From the NCBI GenBank assembly GCA_951406725.2, contig OX597825.1, positions 61,752,001-61,816,000 on the forward strand: DNA of 64,000 nucleotides, given 5' to 3'. This document shows, piece after piece, positions 1-12,700 of the stretch; within the stretch, counting starts at the first letter, position 1, and the number at the start of each line of letters is the position of its first letter. The stretch comes from Octopus vulgaris (taxonomy: Eukaryota). The notes beneath the pieces are model-generated. The model was not told where the DNA came from. It ran no database searches and saw only the letters and a program-made list of their open reading frames with translations. The position numbers and the translations under genes are program-made.

Positions 1-358
1 GCCATGCTGGAGCACTGCCTTTAGTCAAGCAAATTGACCCCAGGACTTATTATTTGTAAGCCTAGTACTTATTTTATCGGTCTTTTTTGCTGAACCACTA
101 AGTTACGGGGACGTAAACATACCAGCATCGGTTGTCAAGTGATGTTGGGGTGGACAAACACAGACACACAAACTCACACACATATACATATATACAACAG
201 GGTTCTTTTAGTTTCCATCCACCAAATCCACTCACAAGGCTTTGGTCAGCCCAAGGCTATAGTAGAAGATACTTGCCCAAGGTGCCACACAGTGGGACTG
301 AGCCCAGAACCATGTAGTTGGTAAGCAAGCTACTTACCACACAGCCACTCCTGCGCCT
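1..358 (-). mobile_element. tRNA-derived SINE, family A (3' end cut by the window edge)
   Basis: Minus strand begins AGGCGCAGGAGTGGCTGTGTGGTAAG (A box), then a degenerate B box, CACCTTGGGCAAG and an internal (TA)/(TG) tract. More than 10 homologous copies in the window. Confidence 0.9.
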
Positions 359-649
359 TTATACTATAAACAAGTTAATTGTGCAGGTTGTTTAGCAAGA
401 AATTGCTGATCCCTCATCTCTCATCTATGATAAGAGAGTTCACAATTTGTAATTTAAAACACCCTTTTAACACTGGTATACTAATTTCACCTGAAATTAA
501 TATTAAGGATACTTCAGTCTATGGAATATTCAGCTGCTTATATGCTAATGTCATTGAGTAGATTGTGCACTAGATCAAACAACTGAAATATCATCGTGGG
601 AGCTGATGGAGATCTTTTTATATATTAATGACATTAAAAAATGTATACA

Positions 650-816
650 ATGTCATCATCATCATCACTATCATTTTAAGTCTGTTTTCTATGCTGGCAT
701 GATGATGGTGGTGGTGGTGGCAGCGGCAGAGGTTGTGGTGGTGGTGGTGGTAGTGGTGATGGTGGTGGTGGTGGTGATACTGGTGGTAGTGGTGTTGGTG
801 ATATGGTTGTGATGAT
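650..816. repeat. (CAT)n/(GGT)n trinucleotide low-complexity tract
   Basis: Direct reading. The tract continues at 1051-1180 on the far side of a SINE B insertion. Confidence 0.9.
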
Positions 817-1051
817 AGGCGGCGAACTGGCAGAGACGTTAGCACGCCGGGTGAAATGCGTAGCCGTATTTTGTCTGCCGTTACGTTGCGAGTTCAAATT
901 CTGCCGAGGTCGACTTTGACTTTCATCCTTTCTGGGTAGATAAATTAAGTACCAGTTACGCACTGGGGTCGTCGTAATCGACTTAATCCGTTTGTCTGTC
1001 CTTGTTTGTCCTCTCTGTGTTTAGCCCCTAGTGGGTAGTAAAGAAATAGGT
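817..1051 (+). mobile_element. tRNA-derived SINE, family B (Meta/MESC-like core), monomer
   Basis: GGCGGCGAACTGGCAGA head, GAGTTCAAATTC B box, core GTCGACTTTG.CTTTCATCCTTT..GGGT.GATAAATTAAGTACCAG, ends AAAGAAATAGGT. The core-family name is from memory of the consensus. Confidence 0.85.
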
Positions 1052-1755
1052 GATGATGATGCAGATGATGATGATGATAATGACGATGGTGGCGGTGGCG
1101 GCGGCAGCATTGGTGGTGGTGATGGTGGTTGTGGCAGCAGCAGTGGCAATGACGACAATGATGACGACCGACAATGTCGATAATATATTTCCTTTGCAGA
1201 GCTACATTTGACTCTGCCTGTTAATTTTCTTTTCTTTTCTTTTCTTTCTCTGGTTTTGTCTTGTTGATTATTAATGTTATTATTATTATTTTTTTTTTTT
1301 GCTTAAATGAAATAATATTTTCTGTTCTGGTAAACAATACAAAATAAATTGTTGTTCATTGATCCACAATTAAGTGTGTTTTTATCAAAATAAATAAATA
1401 AATAAACAAAATAAAAAAGTAAAAAAAACACACTGACAAACAAATATAAACTCAATTATGTGTTAATTAACGTTTTGTAAGATGGATGGATGAGCAAATC
1501 TTCAGTGTAGCCTGTGTTTAGCAATAGAAGACTGTTGTGTAATTTCTTATAAGTATGGTGATGAGGATGTACATAAGAAGGAAGTTTAGGAAGTAGTAGG
1601 AAAAGTGTCACATAAATAATTATTCAATAAGGGTTGGTGGTGGTGGTCTGTAATGGCAAGACATGAATTTGAGGAGAGCAACAGAAACTGCAGTGGAGAG
1701 TGGAGTAATTAACGTTTTGGACAGAATCTTTCATATGGATAAGGATGATATCTTT

Positions 1756-1970
1756 TAGTTTTTGCTTGTTTCAGTCATTAGACTATGCCCATGCTGGGGC
1801 AACGCCTTGAAGTATTAGTTAAATGAATCGACCCTGGTGATTATTTTTTAAGCTTGGTGCTTATTCTATCGGCCTCTTTCGCCAAACTGCTAAGTTACAG
1901 GGATGTAAACACACCAGTACTGGTTGTCAAGCAGTTGTGGGGAGAACAGACAGACATAGGTAGATATACA

Positions 1971-2022
<52 letters not shown>

Positions 2023-2600
2023 ATACGAGTGAGATCGTGGCCAGAGAAACAAGCTGGCCTCCGTGCCGATGGCACATTAAAATCACCATTCAAGCATGAT
2101 CATTAACTGTGTCACCTTACTAGCACTTGTACTGGTGGCACGTGAAAAAACATTTGAGCTAGGTCATTGCCAGTGCCGCTGAACTGGCTCCTGTGCAGGT
2201 GGAACATAAAAAGCACCATTTGAGCATGGCCATTGACAGTACTGCCTGACTGGCCCTCGTGCCAATGGCACGTAAAAGCATCCACTACACTCTCGGAGTG
2301 GTTGGCGTTAGGAAGGGCATCAAGCTGTAGAAACTCTTCAAGATCAGATTGAAGCCTGGTGCAGCCATTTGGTTCACCAGTCCTCAGTCAAATCGTCCAA
2401 CCCATGCTAGCATGCAAAACGGACGTTAAACGGTCATGATGATGATGATGATATACGATGGGATTCTTCCAGTTTCCATCTACCAAATTCATTTACAAGG
2501 CTTTGGTTAGCCTGTGGCTATAGGAGAAATCTCTTCCCTAAGGTGTCATGCAGTGAAACTGGAATCTGGATCCATGTAGTTGGGAAGCAAGCTTCTTACC
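1756..2600 (-). mobile_element. SINE family A, interrupted at its internal (TA)n by another repeat
   Basis: 3' half at 1756-1975 and 5' half at 2452-2600 are both homologous to 30185-30592. Confidence 0.85.
2022..2451 (+). mobile_element. Retroposon 3' fragment with about 4 tandem ~65-bp units and a (GAT)n tail
   Basis: Repeated TGGCACGT/ATAAAAAGCACC units, then GGAGTGGTTGGCGTTAGGAAGGGCATC...GGACGTTAAAC(GAT)n. A shorter second copy is at 7232-7420. Confidence 0.8.
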
Positions 2601-3164
2601 ATTCACAATTAAGAGTGTTTTTAGTGTAAAATATCACTGTGTAACATGATTTTTGTCCTTGGGTAGCAACTGTTATTTCCTATTTGCTTACCCTAAAAAG
2701 TATGAAAAACGGCTAATATTTCCTTCAGGCACTGCTTTTGTTACATTTATTCAAACTACAAAGAATCCCTCTCAATGTATGGCTATGAAGCTCCCTCTCA
2801 ATGTATGGCTATGAAGCTCCCTCTCTAATCCTGCTCATGATCAGAGACGCACATATTATCAGCCACTGAGAGACATGTTCAAGGTGATATGGTCAAACAA
2901 CTAACAAGCAAATCTGTGGTGTTGAGCAATAATATTTGCTATAATGATATTTCTGCTTCAGCAACTCAGTGCTCAATCTGTCTGAAATGTTGTGAAAAAT
3001 AGGTCAGTTTCATAACATTGATGTCCAAATTACAAAAGCAAAGTGTAAAGGGAATAGCAGTCATTTCCTTTGATTTTTAGATAGAAGCAAATAGGAAATA
3101 ATACTTAGTGACAAAAGATTAAAAAAAAAAAACAATATAATTTTTTACACAGTTTAAACTGGTA

Positions 3165-3367
3165 CTCTTTTAGTCTTTTACTCTTTTACTTGTTTCAGTC
3201 ATTTGTCTGTGGCCATGCTGGAGCATTCCCTTTAGTTGAGCAAATTGACCCCAGGACTTATTCTTATTGGTCTCTTTTGTCGAACAGTTAAGTTATGGGG
3301 ACGTAAACACACCAGCATCGGTTGTCAAGCGATGTTGGGGGATAAACACAGACACACAAACATATAA

Positions 3368-3425
<58 letters not shown>

Positions 3426-3564
3426 GCATATACATGATGGGCTTCTTTCAGTTTCAAATCCACTGACAAGGTTTTGGTCGGCCCAAGGTGCCATGCTGTG
3501 GGACTGAACCCAGAATCATGTGGTTTGTAAGTAAGCTACTTACCACACAGCCACTCCTACACCT
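3165..3564 (-). mobile_element. SINE family A
   Basis: Homologous to 30185-30592 with small deletions; (GTAAAAGA)n tail. Confidence 0.9.
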
Positions 3565-3704
3565 ATAAATTTAATAATGTATGAATTAGTGTTTATAGAT
3601 GGATGAATATTGAAATCTGAGGTGTATGCTGTATTTAACACTGGGTAACTATTGTGTACTGTAACCATTTTCACAAGTGTAGTGATGAACGAATTTGAGA
3701 AAGT

Positions 3705-4043
3705 AGTAGGGGTGGCTGTATAGCAAGAAGTTTGCTTTCCAGCCACAAGGTTCCAGGATCAGTCTCACTGTGTGGCACCTTAGGAAGGTATCCTTTACTA
3801 TAGCCTTAAGTTGATGAAAGCCTTGTCAGTGGATTTGGTAGATGAAAACCGAATGAAGCCAATTGTGTGTGTGTGTGTGTGTGTGTGCGTGTGTGTGTGT
3901 GAGTGTGCGTGTGTGTATCTATGTCTGTATTTGTCACCCATCACCATTTTACAACCGGTGTTGGTGTGTTTACATTCTTGTAACTTAGCAGCATAGCAAA
4001 AGTGACTGATAGAATAAGTATCAGGCTTAAAAAAAAAAAAAAA

Positions 4044-4075
<32 letters not shown>

Positions 4076-4160
4076 GCACTAGGGTTTGATCCATTTGACT
4101 AAAATTCCTCAAAGTGATGCCCCAGGATGGCTGCAATCTAATGATTGAAAGAAGTAAAGA
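3705..4160 (+). mobile_element. SINE family A (older copy)
   Basis: GTGGCTGTATAGCAAGAAG head, GGATTTGGTAGA body, internal (TG)n and (AAT)n. Confidence 0.8.
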
Positions 4161-4342
4161 GATGAAATGATAAAGATAACTATATCAAATAAAAGAGAAT
4201 CTAAGGATGCTGGCAGTGGTCTATGTCAACAAGACTTGTATTATTTGAAAAAGTAACAGAAAAGACTAAAGTAAAATTAGTATGTTTCAGAGTCCTTCTT
4301 TAGAGTAAAGGTCACAGGAGAAAAATAAGACAGCAAAGTTTT

Positions 4343-4537
4343 ATGAAGGGGTGCTGAAAAGTTCCTGCTTGAAGGCCTGACCTTCTGAGCTCTTTTACAG
4401 GGCTTAGAAAAAATGAAGGACTCCTGCAATAAGTGCGTGAATTTTGAGAGGGTAGTATGTTGTATGAAATTATAATTAATTGATCCTGATCTTCTTGTAT
4501 TTTCTTTTACCCAAAGCCAGGAACTTTTCAGCACATC
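4343..4537 (+). mobile_element. mariner-derived MITE
   Basis: TIRs GTGCTGAAAAGTTCCTG / CAGGAACTTTTCAGCAC; remnant of the mariner C-terminal KCV...YVE coding end; second copy at 57711-57930. Confidence 0.75.
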
Positions 4538-4767
4538 ATGATGCTTCAACAACATTTGAGAAACTGGCTGCAGCTGATGAAGAACACAAGACACTGCAAG
4601 TATTATAAAATGAGTATCAGCTTCATACAAGAAGCAGGAGGGAGAAACTGAGTGAAAGAAGGAGAAGAAAAGAAAAAACTGGAAAGGAAAAGAGAAGGCA
4701 AAGATGAGGTGAGGAAGGAAGTGAAGGATGTGATGGGAATATTGAACTAATGGTAGGTATAGGAGTA

Positions 4768-5304
4768 ATAAATAAAATAATAAGTGCGCCCTTTTAAAGC
4801 CTAGCCAGGCTCATGGGCCCAGCTTCCCGGTTTCAATGGCGTATGTGTTTCCCAGCTGGATGGGATGCCAGTCCATCACAGCGTTACTCATTTTTGCCTG
4901 CTGAGTGGACTGGAGCAACATGAAGTGAAGTATTTTGCTCAAGAACACAACGCGCCGCCCGGTCCAGGAATTGAAATCACAATTTTACGATCATGATGCT
5001 GACATCCTAACCACTAAGCTACACGCCTTGTAAAGTGTCATAAAAAGAATAATAAATGCACCCTTTTAAAGCCTAGGCAGACTCATGGGTCCGGTTTCTC
5101 GATTTCAATGGTGTATGTGTTCCCCAGCTGGATGGGACACCAGTCCATCGCAGCGTTACTCATTTTTGCCAGCTGAGTGGACTGGAGTAGCATGAAATGA
5201 AGTGTTTTGCTCAAGAACGAAACGCATCGCCCGGTCCAGGAATTGAAATCACAATGTTACGATCATGAAGCTGACACCCTAACCACTAAGCCACGTTCCT
5301 CCTC
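4768..5304 (-). mobile_element. Two tandem SINE family C copies (CORE-like body, V-domain-like tail) inside one 13-bp TSD
   Basis: Copies at about 4781-5028 and 5053-5303; TSD AGGTATAGGAGTA at 4755-4767 and 5305-5317. Confidence 0.85.
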
Positions 5305-7072
5305 AGGTATAGGAGTAGATAGCAAAAATTCATATAAGCTTGTCTGTGACATGGTTTTGACTTTAAATGTAAATTGCTGATTTTTTTTTTCCTTTCTTGG
5401 AGTGTGTGAATATATGATATGCTGAGGTGCCACACTCTAATAATTGAATAATGGAATGGCACTTTGTCTTGGAGGGTGTGACAACAGATAAGCCTGACAT
5501 GTGTAGTAGTGTGCTTAAAATGTGCTCTTGAAAGCCATCAGCAAAGCGACAGCCTGTTTTCCCAGGCTACAGTGTAATAAGTGGTGTGTATGTGTGTGTG
5601 TGAGTGTTTAAAGAAACTGAAAAACATGTGGCAGATTTAAGAAATAAGAATTACATGATATTCGAATTAAGTAGAAATATGCTGTGAGTTTGGTAATAGA
5701 ATATAGTCAAAATAAATAAAGAGATTTTGTGCTGAATTTACTTGGACAGGTATAAAGCATTGGCTTAACAGATGAAATGAATGAAGACAGAATAAAGTGG
5801 ATTTTCTCATCTCGACTCGTGTATACCATGTCAGTATGGCTAATAATAAATCATATGCTGGAAGAAGTGTTGAAAATAGAATCTTTCTTCTCTTAATTTA
5901 TGATAGAACAGCTACATATCAAGTGAGAAATTTAATTATCATTTCCATTTTAAAACTTCATTTTTGATTTTCGCAAAATGTTTTGGCTGAATTTTTACAT
6001 CAATAGACACAATAAAGTTTTGACTGTGTTCCTAAAAATGTATTTTATATTCTGTATAATCTATTTGTAGCTATTTAAATCAATAAACATTCTCTTTAGA
6101 AGGGAATTCAAATTTCATCTATTGAACACCTTTTGCTAATATTTTGAATAACAAATTTACATTGGTATCAGAATAATTTCACTTAATATCTTTGTGACTT
6201 CTTTTAAGATAGAATTTAATTCAAGAATAGACCCCAAAATGAGATATTACTGACCTGTAAGAATAACTGTTGTATTTTTAAGATTCTTTTACTGAGAAAA
6301 ACTATGATAAAAATAAAAAAGAAGTATTATGAAATTATAAATCTTTACAAATCTCATTTACATCTGTGTCTTTTGTTAAACATCTTGTGCTTCTAAGAGT
6401 TGGTAGAGAAACTTTCTCATTGCTTTTCAATTATTTTGCCATTCAGTTCATTACAAAATCGTACATAATTATTGCTGAATTGAGTTCCCTACAATTGATG
6501 TGTAATTCTATAAATGCAGCTGCCATCTTGATAAAGTAGCCCAAAGTGGTTAATGGATAGAGTGGTTGTGTAAATGAAATATTTGTATGAGAGTCGCATC
6601 AATTGCCAGATAGTAGTAATTTTAGAAATATTTGTCTGTTAATGATGCTAACTCATATCATGAAATCTTTCAATGTAGAAATAATTCTCAGAAGCTATTT
6701 CCTAATAAAACAGTCTCTACGTTGTTGTTACGAGCTCCAATTAGTTGTGCCAAGTGACAGTCTGTGCCACTCATACTACACACAACCATTTCTTAATGAT
6801 TAGCTTTCATGGTTAGGTGACATAGCTAACAGCTATCAGTCAGAATATCTTCTTTCAGTTCTGAAATAATTGCTTCTAATATAGCCACATGACCTGAAAT
6901 TTTGTGGGTAGGTGTATAGTTGATTATTTTGATAACTGTTCTCCAGTGGAACATTTATATCGTATCAGTCCCCTATGAATTAAAGGCAAAATTTCGACCT
7001 TCATGGGATTTGAACTCAAGAAGTAAAGAATCAGGATAAATACTACAAGGCATTTTATCCAGTGCTCTAATG

Positions 7073-7418
7073 TGGTGTTTCTCAAACTTTTTACCCTTGT
7101 ATAACCCTTAAAATAAATTACATGTCTCTAGGAACCCTAGCACAAAAAAAAATTATAGACTATATTTTTCTCATATTTTTTCATCATAGTTTATGTGGTA
7201 AATATCAGATATATATATGTGTGTGTGTGTATGCTGGTGGCACATAAAAAGCACCCACTACACTCTCGGAGTGGTTGGCATTAGGAAGGGCATCCAGTTG
7301 TAGAAACATTGGCAGATCAGATTGTCAGATTGGAGCCTGGTGCAGCCGCTGGCTCCCCAGACCTCAGTCAAATCGTCCAACCCATGCCAGCATGAAAAAT
7401 GGACGTTAAACGATGATG

Positions 7419-7480
<62 letters not shown>

Positions 7481-7682
7481 TGTGGTGGTTATATTTTTTT
7501 GATAGCACAATGGGTTAGATAGGATGATGTTTATATTTACAATAACCAATATGTTGTGCATGTATAGTAGTAATATCACAAGCATAAAATTAGCATTAGC
7601 TTATCTTGCTCTTTCTTGCAGAACCCCAAGGAATCTTTTGTGGAACCTTAGTATTCTGGAGAACTCTGGTTGAGAAACACTG
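7073..7682. mobile_element. hAT (Charlie-like) MITE containing a nested retroposon fragment
   Basis: 8-bp TSD CTCTAATG at 7065-7072 and 7683-7690; TIRs TGGTGTTTCTCAA / TTGAGAAACACTG (left TIR decayed); insert at about 7210-7480. Confidence 0.85.
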
Positions 7683-8745
7683 CTCTAATGATTCTGTCAA
7701 TCTATCAACCTGATGAAAGTTATTTTAAGCTAATAAAAAGTGGCCATGGAAGTATCTTAATAAAAAATAGTACAAGTTGGATACAGAAACCCATGATGTG
7801 TGAAAAAAATTGGAATGACACGGTTGGAATGCCTTTGATCATAGGTCTGATCAATAAGGTTAGAACTAGGGCTAAACAGTAACAGCTATTTTCTTTGTCT
7901 TGTTCTTTACTTTACCAAAGCTCAAGTGATTCCAAAGACCCAGTATTTGGTAATATAGACCCAGAATTTAGTATTATATATACAAAAAGAATTTGCTTTA
8001 TTTTGTATGCATGTGTGTGTATATGCGTGTGTGTGTGTTTGTATGTGTGTGTGTGTGTATCTGTCATTTACTGAAGCTAATAATAAATGTTTAAAATCAA
8101 ACAACTTCTACAAATATAGAAGAAACAAAAATTGCCTATTTTTTACATAACAATGAACTCATTAACGAACATGTAAACAAGTCTGTCTACACCTCATGTT
8201 TTTTCTCTGTCCCTCCTCACCCCCTGCAGATTATTGAGGATGATTATCTTCCTTTAAAGGAATGAATTGTCTCAAGCATTAATAATAAAGAATAGTAAGG
8301 TTGAAGATAATTCACATTTAAAAAATTTCACTATTTGTATAAAGTCGTATTGTGGAATTGTTAGTGCTTCGGACAAAATGTTCAGTGGAGTTTCTTCAGG
8401 TCTTTACGTTCTCAGTTCAAAATACTGTTGTTGTCAACTTTGCCTTTCAGCTGTTTGGTGGAAATACAAAAAAAAAAAATACTAGCCAGGCACTGGGGTA
8501 GATGAATCAACTATCGTCCCCCAACGAAGTTACTGGCCTTGTACCAAGATGTGAAACAATCATTTCTGTTTTGATACATTACATTTTTTGCTGTAAGCAC
8601 TTTGCTAATTCCTCACAATCACTAGAAATATCAATTAAATATTATCACTCACTCCTAAATATGAACAGTATGATACCAGAACCTACAAGCTTGCTACAAA
8701 TGTTAAGCTGCATCATCAATGAAGATATCTCTCAGAGAATACATA

Positions 8746-9145
8746 TCTTTATATATAAAAGAGAAGTTGTGTGTCTGTCTCCTACGATTTAGATTCCTAA
8801 CTACTCCCACATTTTGCGGTGCAGTTTAACCAAAAGTGGGTATCTTATAGTCGTGATTCATATCGAGCCCTTCTGGGTATTAGCGCATGTCTACAATGAG
8901 TCTACGATTTAAAAAAAAATTTACCATCATTTTTTTCCATTTTAATGCCATTTTTTTCTCTATTATATAAGGGAAGTAACTCTCTAAAAATGTCTACGAT
9001 GAGTCAACGATTTAAAAAAAAAATTACCATCATTTGTTTTCCATTTTTAATGCATTTTTTTGCTATTTTTTGGCTATAACTCTCTAAAAATGCTTATATA
9101 GTTATTTCCCTTACAAACCCGAGCAACGCCGGGCGATACTGCTAG
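8746..9145 (+). mobile_element. Non-autonomous Helitron
   Basis: A|TC 5' end, subterminal GC-rich hairpin CCCGAGCAACGCCGGG, CTAG|T 3' end, no TSD; homologue at 38808-39319. Confidence 0.85.
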
Positions 9146-9483
9146 TACTCAATATATCAGTATTGGCTGTGTAGTTAAGAAGTCCACTTCTGGATCATAT
9201 GGTTTCAGTTCAGTCTTATAATGTGATACCTTAGAAAAGTGTTTTCTGTTGTAACCCTAGGCCATTTTGTTAAGTTGTTGTGCAAAAATTGTTTAACTGC
9301 ATAAGAAATCTATTTTCAGTCACTGATTGAAGATATGTAATGGCTAAGACTGCAGAAAGAAACATAAACAGATGAGAAGGTGGCAAGCTGGCAGAATTGT
9401 TAGCACACCAGACAAAATATTAAATGCTATTTCAACCATCTTTATGATGTGAGTTCAAATCCCACCAAGGCCAACTTTGCCTT

Positions 9484-9787
9484 GTTGTTTGTTCCTTCTT
9501 GAGCCACGCCAGGCTCATAAGGGCTGGTTTTCCGGTTTCCTTGGCATATAAGTTTCCCACCTGGACAGGACACTGGTCTGTCGCAGGTGAGCTGCAAGAT
9601 GCAGGAGGAAAGAGTGAGAGAAAGTTGTGGCGAAAGAGTCAGTAGAAGTTCGCCATTACCTTCTACCGGAGCCGTTGTAGCTTAGGTGTTTCGTTCATAA
9701 ATACGCACATCACCCGGTATGAGATTCGAACCCGCAATCCCTCAACCATGAGTCTGCTGCTCTAATCACTAGGCCACGTGCCTCCAT
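9484..9787 (-). mobile_element. SINE family D inserted into a degenerate family-B SINE
   Basis: Head GGAGGCACGTGGCCTAGTG, B box GGGTTCGAATC, imperfect TSD AACT(T/C)TGCCTTG; host SINE halves at about 9378-9483 and 9788-9870. Confidence 0.8.
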
Positions 9788-12700
9788 AACTCTGCCTTGC
9801 ATCCTTCCAGGGTTGATAAAATGAGTACAGGTTGAGCACTGGGGTTAATATAATCAACTGACCCCTTCCTCCAAATTCTCAGATGAGAATCCCACTTTAG
9901 TGCTGCTCCCACATCTGAGGGCAGTGCTGCTGTCACATGCAATATAAGGTATCAACACACACCAACTTCTTCTCCATAGACATACTGTCTACAGAATCTT
10001 TCTGTTCTACCACTATTACTGTGGCTTCTACTCTGTGCATACAGCACTTGTTAATCCAAAGCAATGGCATAAGACATTTGCATAAGTTTGTGCTCATATA
10101 ATGGTTAAATGGAGCACCCAGTCTCAGATGTTGATCAGCCTGATTTGTCTGTAAATCATGGATACTCACTACTTTTCTTCCTGCATTCTCAATTTTCAAT
10201 CAGTGATTGGAAATGGCATCTTATACACCTCACCAAACTAAGCCCAGCAACCCTTCAATTTAGCTCAAACATAACACTGTATCTTCACTCGTATTTCTTG
10301 GTTGTGATAATATACAAACGCAACCTTATCTCACAGACTTTTACATAAATTATCATTTCTACTACACCACAGTTTCTCTTAGTTTTGTAATTGCTCTCAT
10401 GTCTATCTAAATCAGTTTATGTTGATTCATTTCACTTCCATAAAATGCAATGTTATTCTTATCTTCAATATATTGTGTTATACCAAAACAAGCGGAATAC
10501 AGAATGATAAATGAAGAACAGAGCAAAAGTAAAAACAAAATTCAGCTAAATATTTTAGTCACTTATAATACCTGTTGTCTTCTACTTTGATTAAATCAAC
10601 TTTTTCTTTTCCCTGGAATGTCATATAAATTTCTATCTATCAGAAATCTGCTTCCACTGTGTTGTAAATCTTTCGAACCATTTTCTTCATCATTCTAAAT
10701 TAACAATCAAATTCTCTAATCTTGATTAAATTTATTCGATAAAATATGTTCAATCAAATATTACTTTGGCATGTGAAAATTCTCATGTTTCAAGGACTGA
10801 GTAGATTTTTTTTTTTTCCAAAATTTTTATAGCATTTTCATGTTAGAATAGCCAAATGCACCTGACAATTGCCATGTAGAAAATCTACTGACAAATATAA
10901 ACTAGTCATATTGATTATAATTCAAACCGACGCTACTAATGTAACTGCACCAATACTAATACTAACCTTACCGCAGACAATACTAGCATAATTTACACTA
11001 CTGTTACAACACTATCACACACAATACAAGTATTTACATTACAGTAGCACAGTATTTTTGTCAACATTCTCACTACATGTACAGCAGACACATGTTGACA
11101 TATACATGGGAGGTATATATTCATGCTGGTAATGTTATTGAACAATTCTACAATATCATATACGTTGCTGTTAAAAAGAACGCTGATACTATTGTGAAAG
11201 ATATCTAAAAAGGAAACGGAATATTTAAAACCATTAGCATCAGAAACATTACATTTACCTGTAGTAAAACAGCAATCACCTATATTAAAATATCCTGAAT
11301 ACACTTAAGACAGGTACTAACATTTTACAACCACAATGTAGCTAAAATTATTGTCTTATTAATCTAATTTTTGTTGCATTTTCAGAAAAATAAGGCTGAG
11401 TGGTTAAGTTCATTTCTCAGCTACGTCGCTTTGGTTTCAGTTCTACTGCATGGCACATTGAACAAACATCTGCTCCTGGGCCAAGCAAAGACTTGTGAGT
11501 GGATCTTGTACAGTGCCTATGTTTTTTTTTGAAGATGAGGGAACTTGTGTAAGGACAGAACATAGGGGTTAGAGCAGATCATGGGGTGTTAGACACAACA
11601 GTAGTGATAAGAGGGGGATAGACAAGTGATTCAGAGATGCCTGACTGAAGAACTTATGAGACCAGCCAGCTCTAAAGAACAGAAACCATTACAGAAGTGA
11701 CAGAAAAACAGTTACCGTTCCTGAGATTTGCACAATCGGTTGAGTGAAAAGTAAAATTCCTTGTGGTAATTTAGTAGTGTACCTTGCAACTAAGAGTTCT
11801 GAACTGTAAACTGAGATCAACCTTGCATTTTATCCTTCCAGTGTATCTCTTTCACTAATCTCTGGGGCATCACCTTTTCCATTTTGTCTACTGGTGCCAT
11901 GAGAAACGTTCCTTTATTGTGAGAGGCAAGATTCTCCACAAAGAGCAAATATATTGCCTTGTGTCACTATGCCATGATCTGCATTTCTTTATATGAATTT
12001 ACGTGCATGTACCCATCAACATGAACAGAGAAACTATTATTATATTATTTATTGATTATTAAATTTTTTCCTTCCAGGGTCAATAAAATAAATAAAGCTG
12101 AGCACTGGGCTTAGTCTCTTCAATTATGCCCAACCACTCGGATTTAAACTTTGTATCATTGATCCTTTATCAATATTAATGATCTTGCAGTGAATTTGCA
12201 GAGGCGTTAGGGTGTCAGATGTAATATTTAACAATATTTATTCTGGGTTGTTGAGCTCTGAGTTCAAAACCTGCCAAGACCACCTTTGCCATTTACTTTA
12301 CCGAAGATTGATACATAAAGTACCAATCAAGGACAATGGTCAAGCAGAATCATTAGAGCATCAGACAAAATGTCTTTCAGTATTTGTTTTTTATTTTTTA
12401 CATTTTGAGTTCGAATCCATCTCTGGCTCACTTTGCTGGGAGACTGACTCCATTGCCTGACTTAACATCATCACCTGGCCCCTTGGTCATCTCTTATGGA
12501 GTTTTGTTCATTCATACTAGGCCTCTGGTTTAAGGATATCTTCTTCCATCCACCCCTACCAACCGCAGACACACTGTAAGGGGTGGTGGGCACTACCCTC
12601 ACTCCTGTCTAAGTGATAAAACAAAAAAATGTTTTTCATCAGATGAGTCACCAATGGCTTAAATGGAAGTATAAGTGGTTGAGTATCCAGTAGACACATG

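Noticed and set aside
606-963. Poly-V/H/P ORFs
   Set aside because: Translations of (GGT)n/(CAT)n repeats and SINE B; no coding signal.
2022-2285. Regularly spaced repeats resembling a CRISPR array
   Set aside because: Whole units are homologous with no unique spacers; eukaryotic retroposon context; no cas genes.
2767-2825. 27-bp perfect tandem duplication
   Set aside because: Simple local slippage duplication with no further structure.
10970-11304. 103-aa minus-strand ORF with a plausible splice acceptor near 11204 and donor near 10970
   Set aside because: No recognisable domain, the frame closes before the donor, and no partner exons were found; cannot be supported without RNA data.
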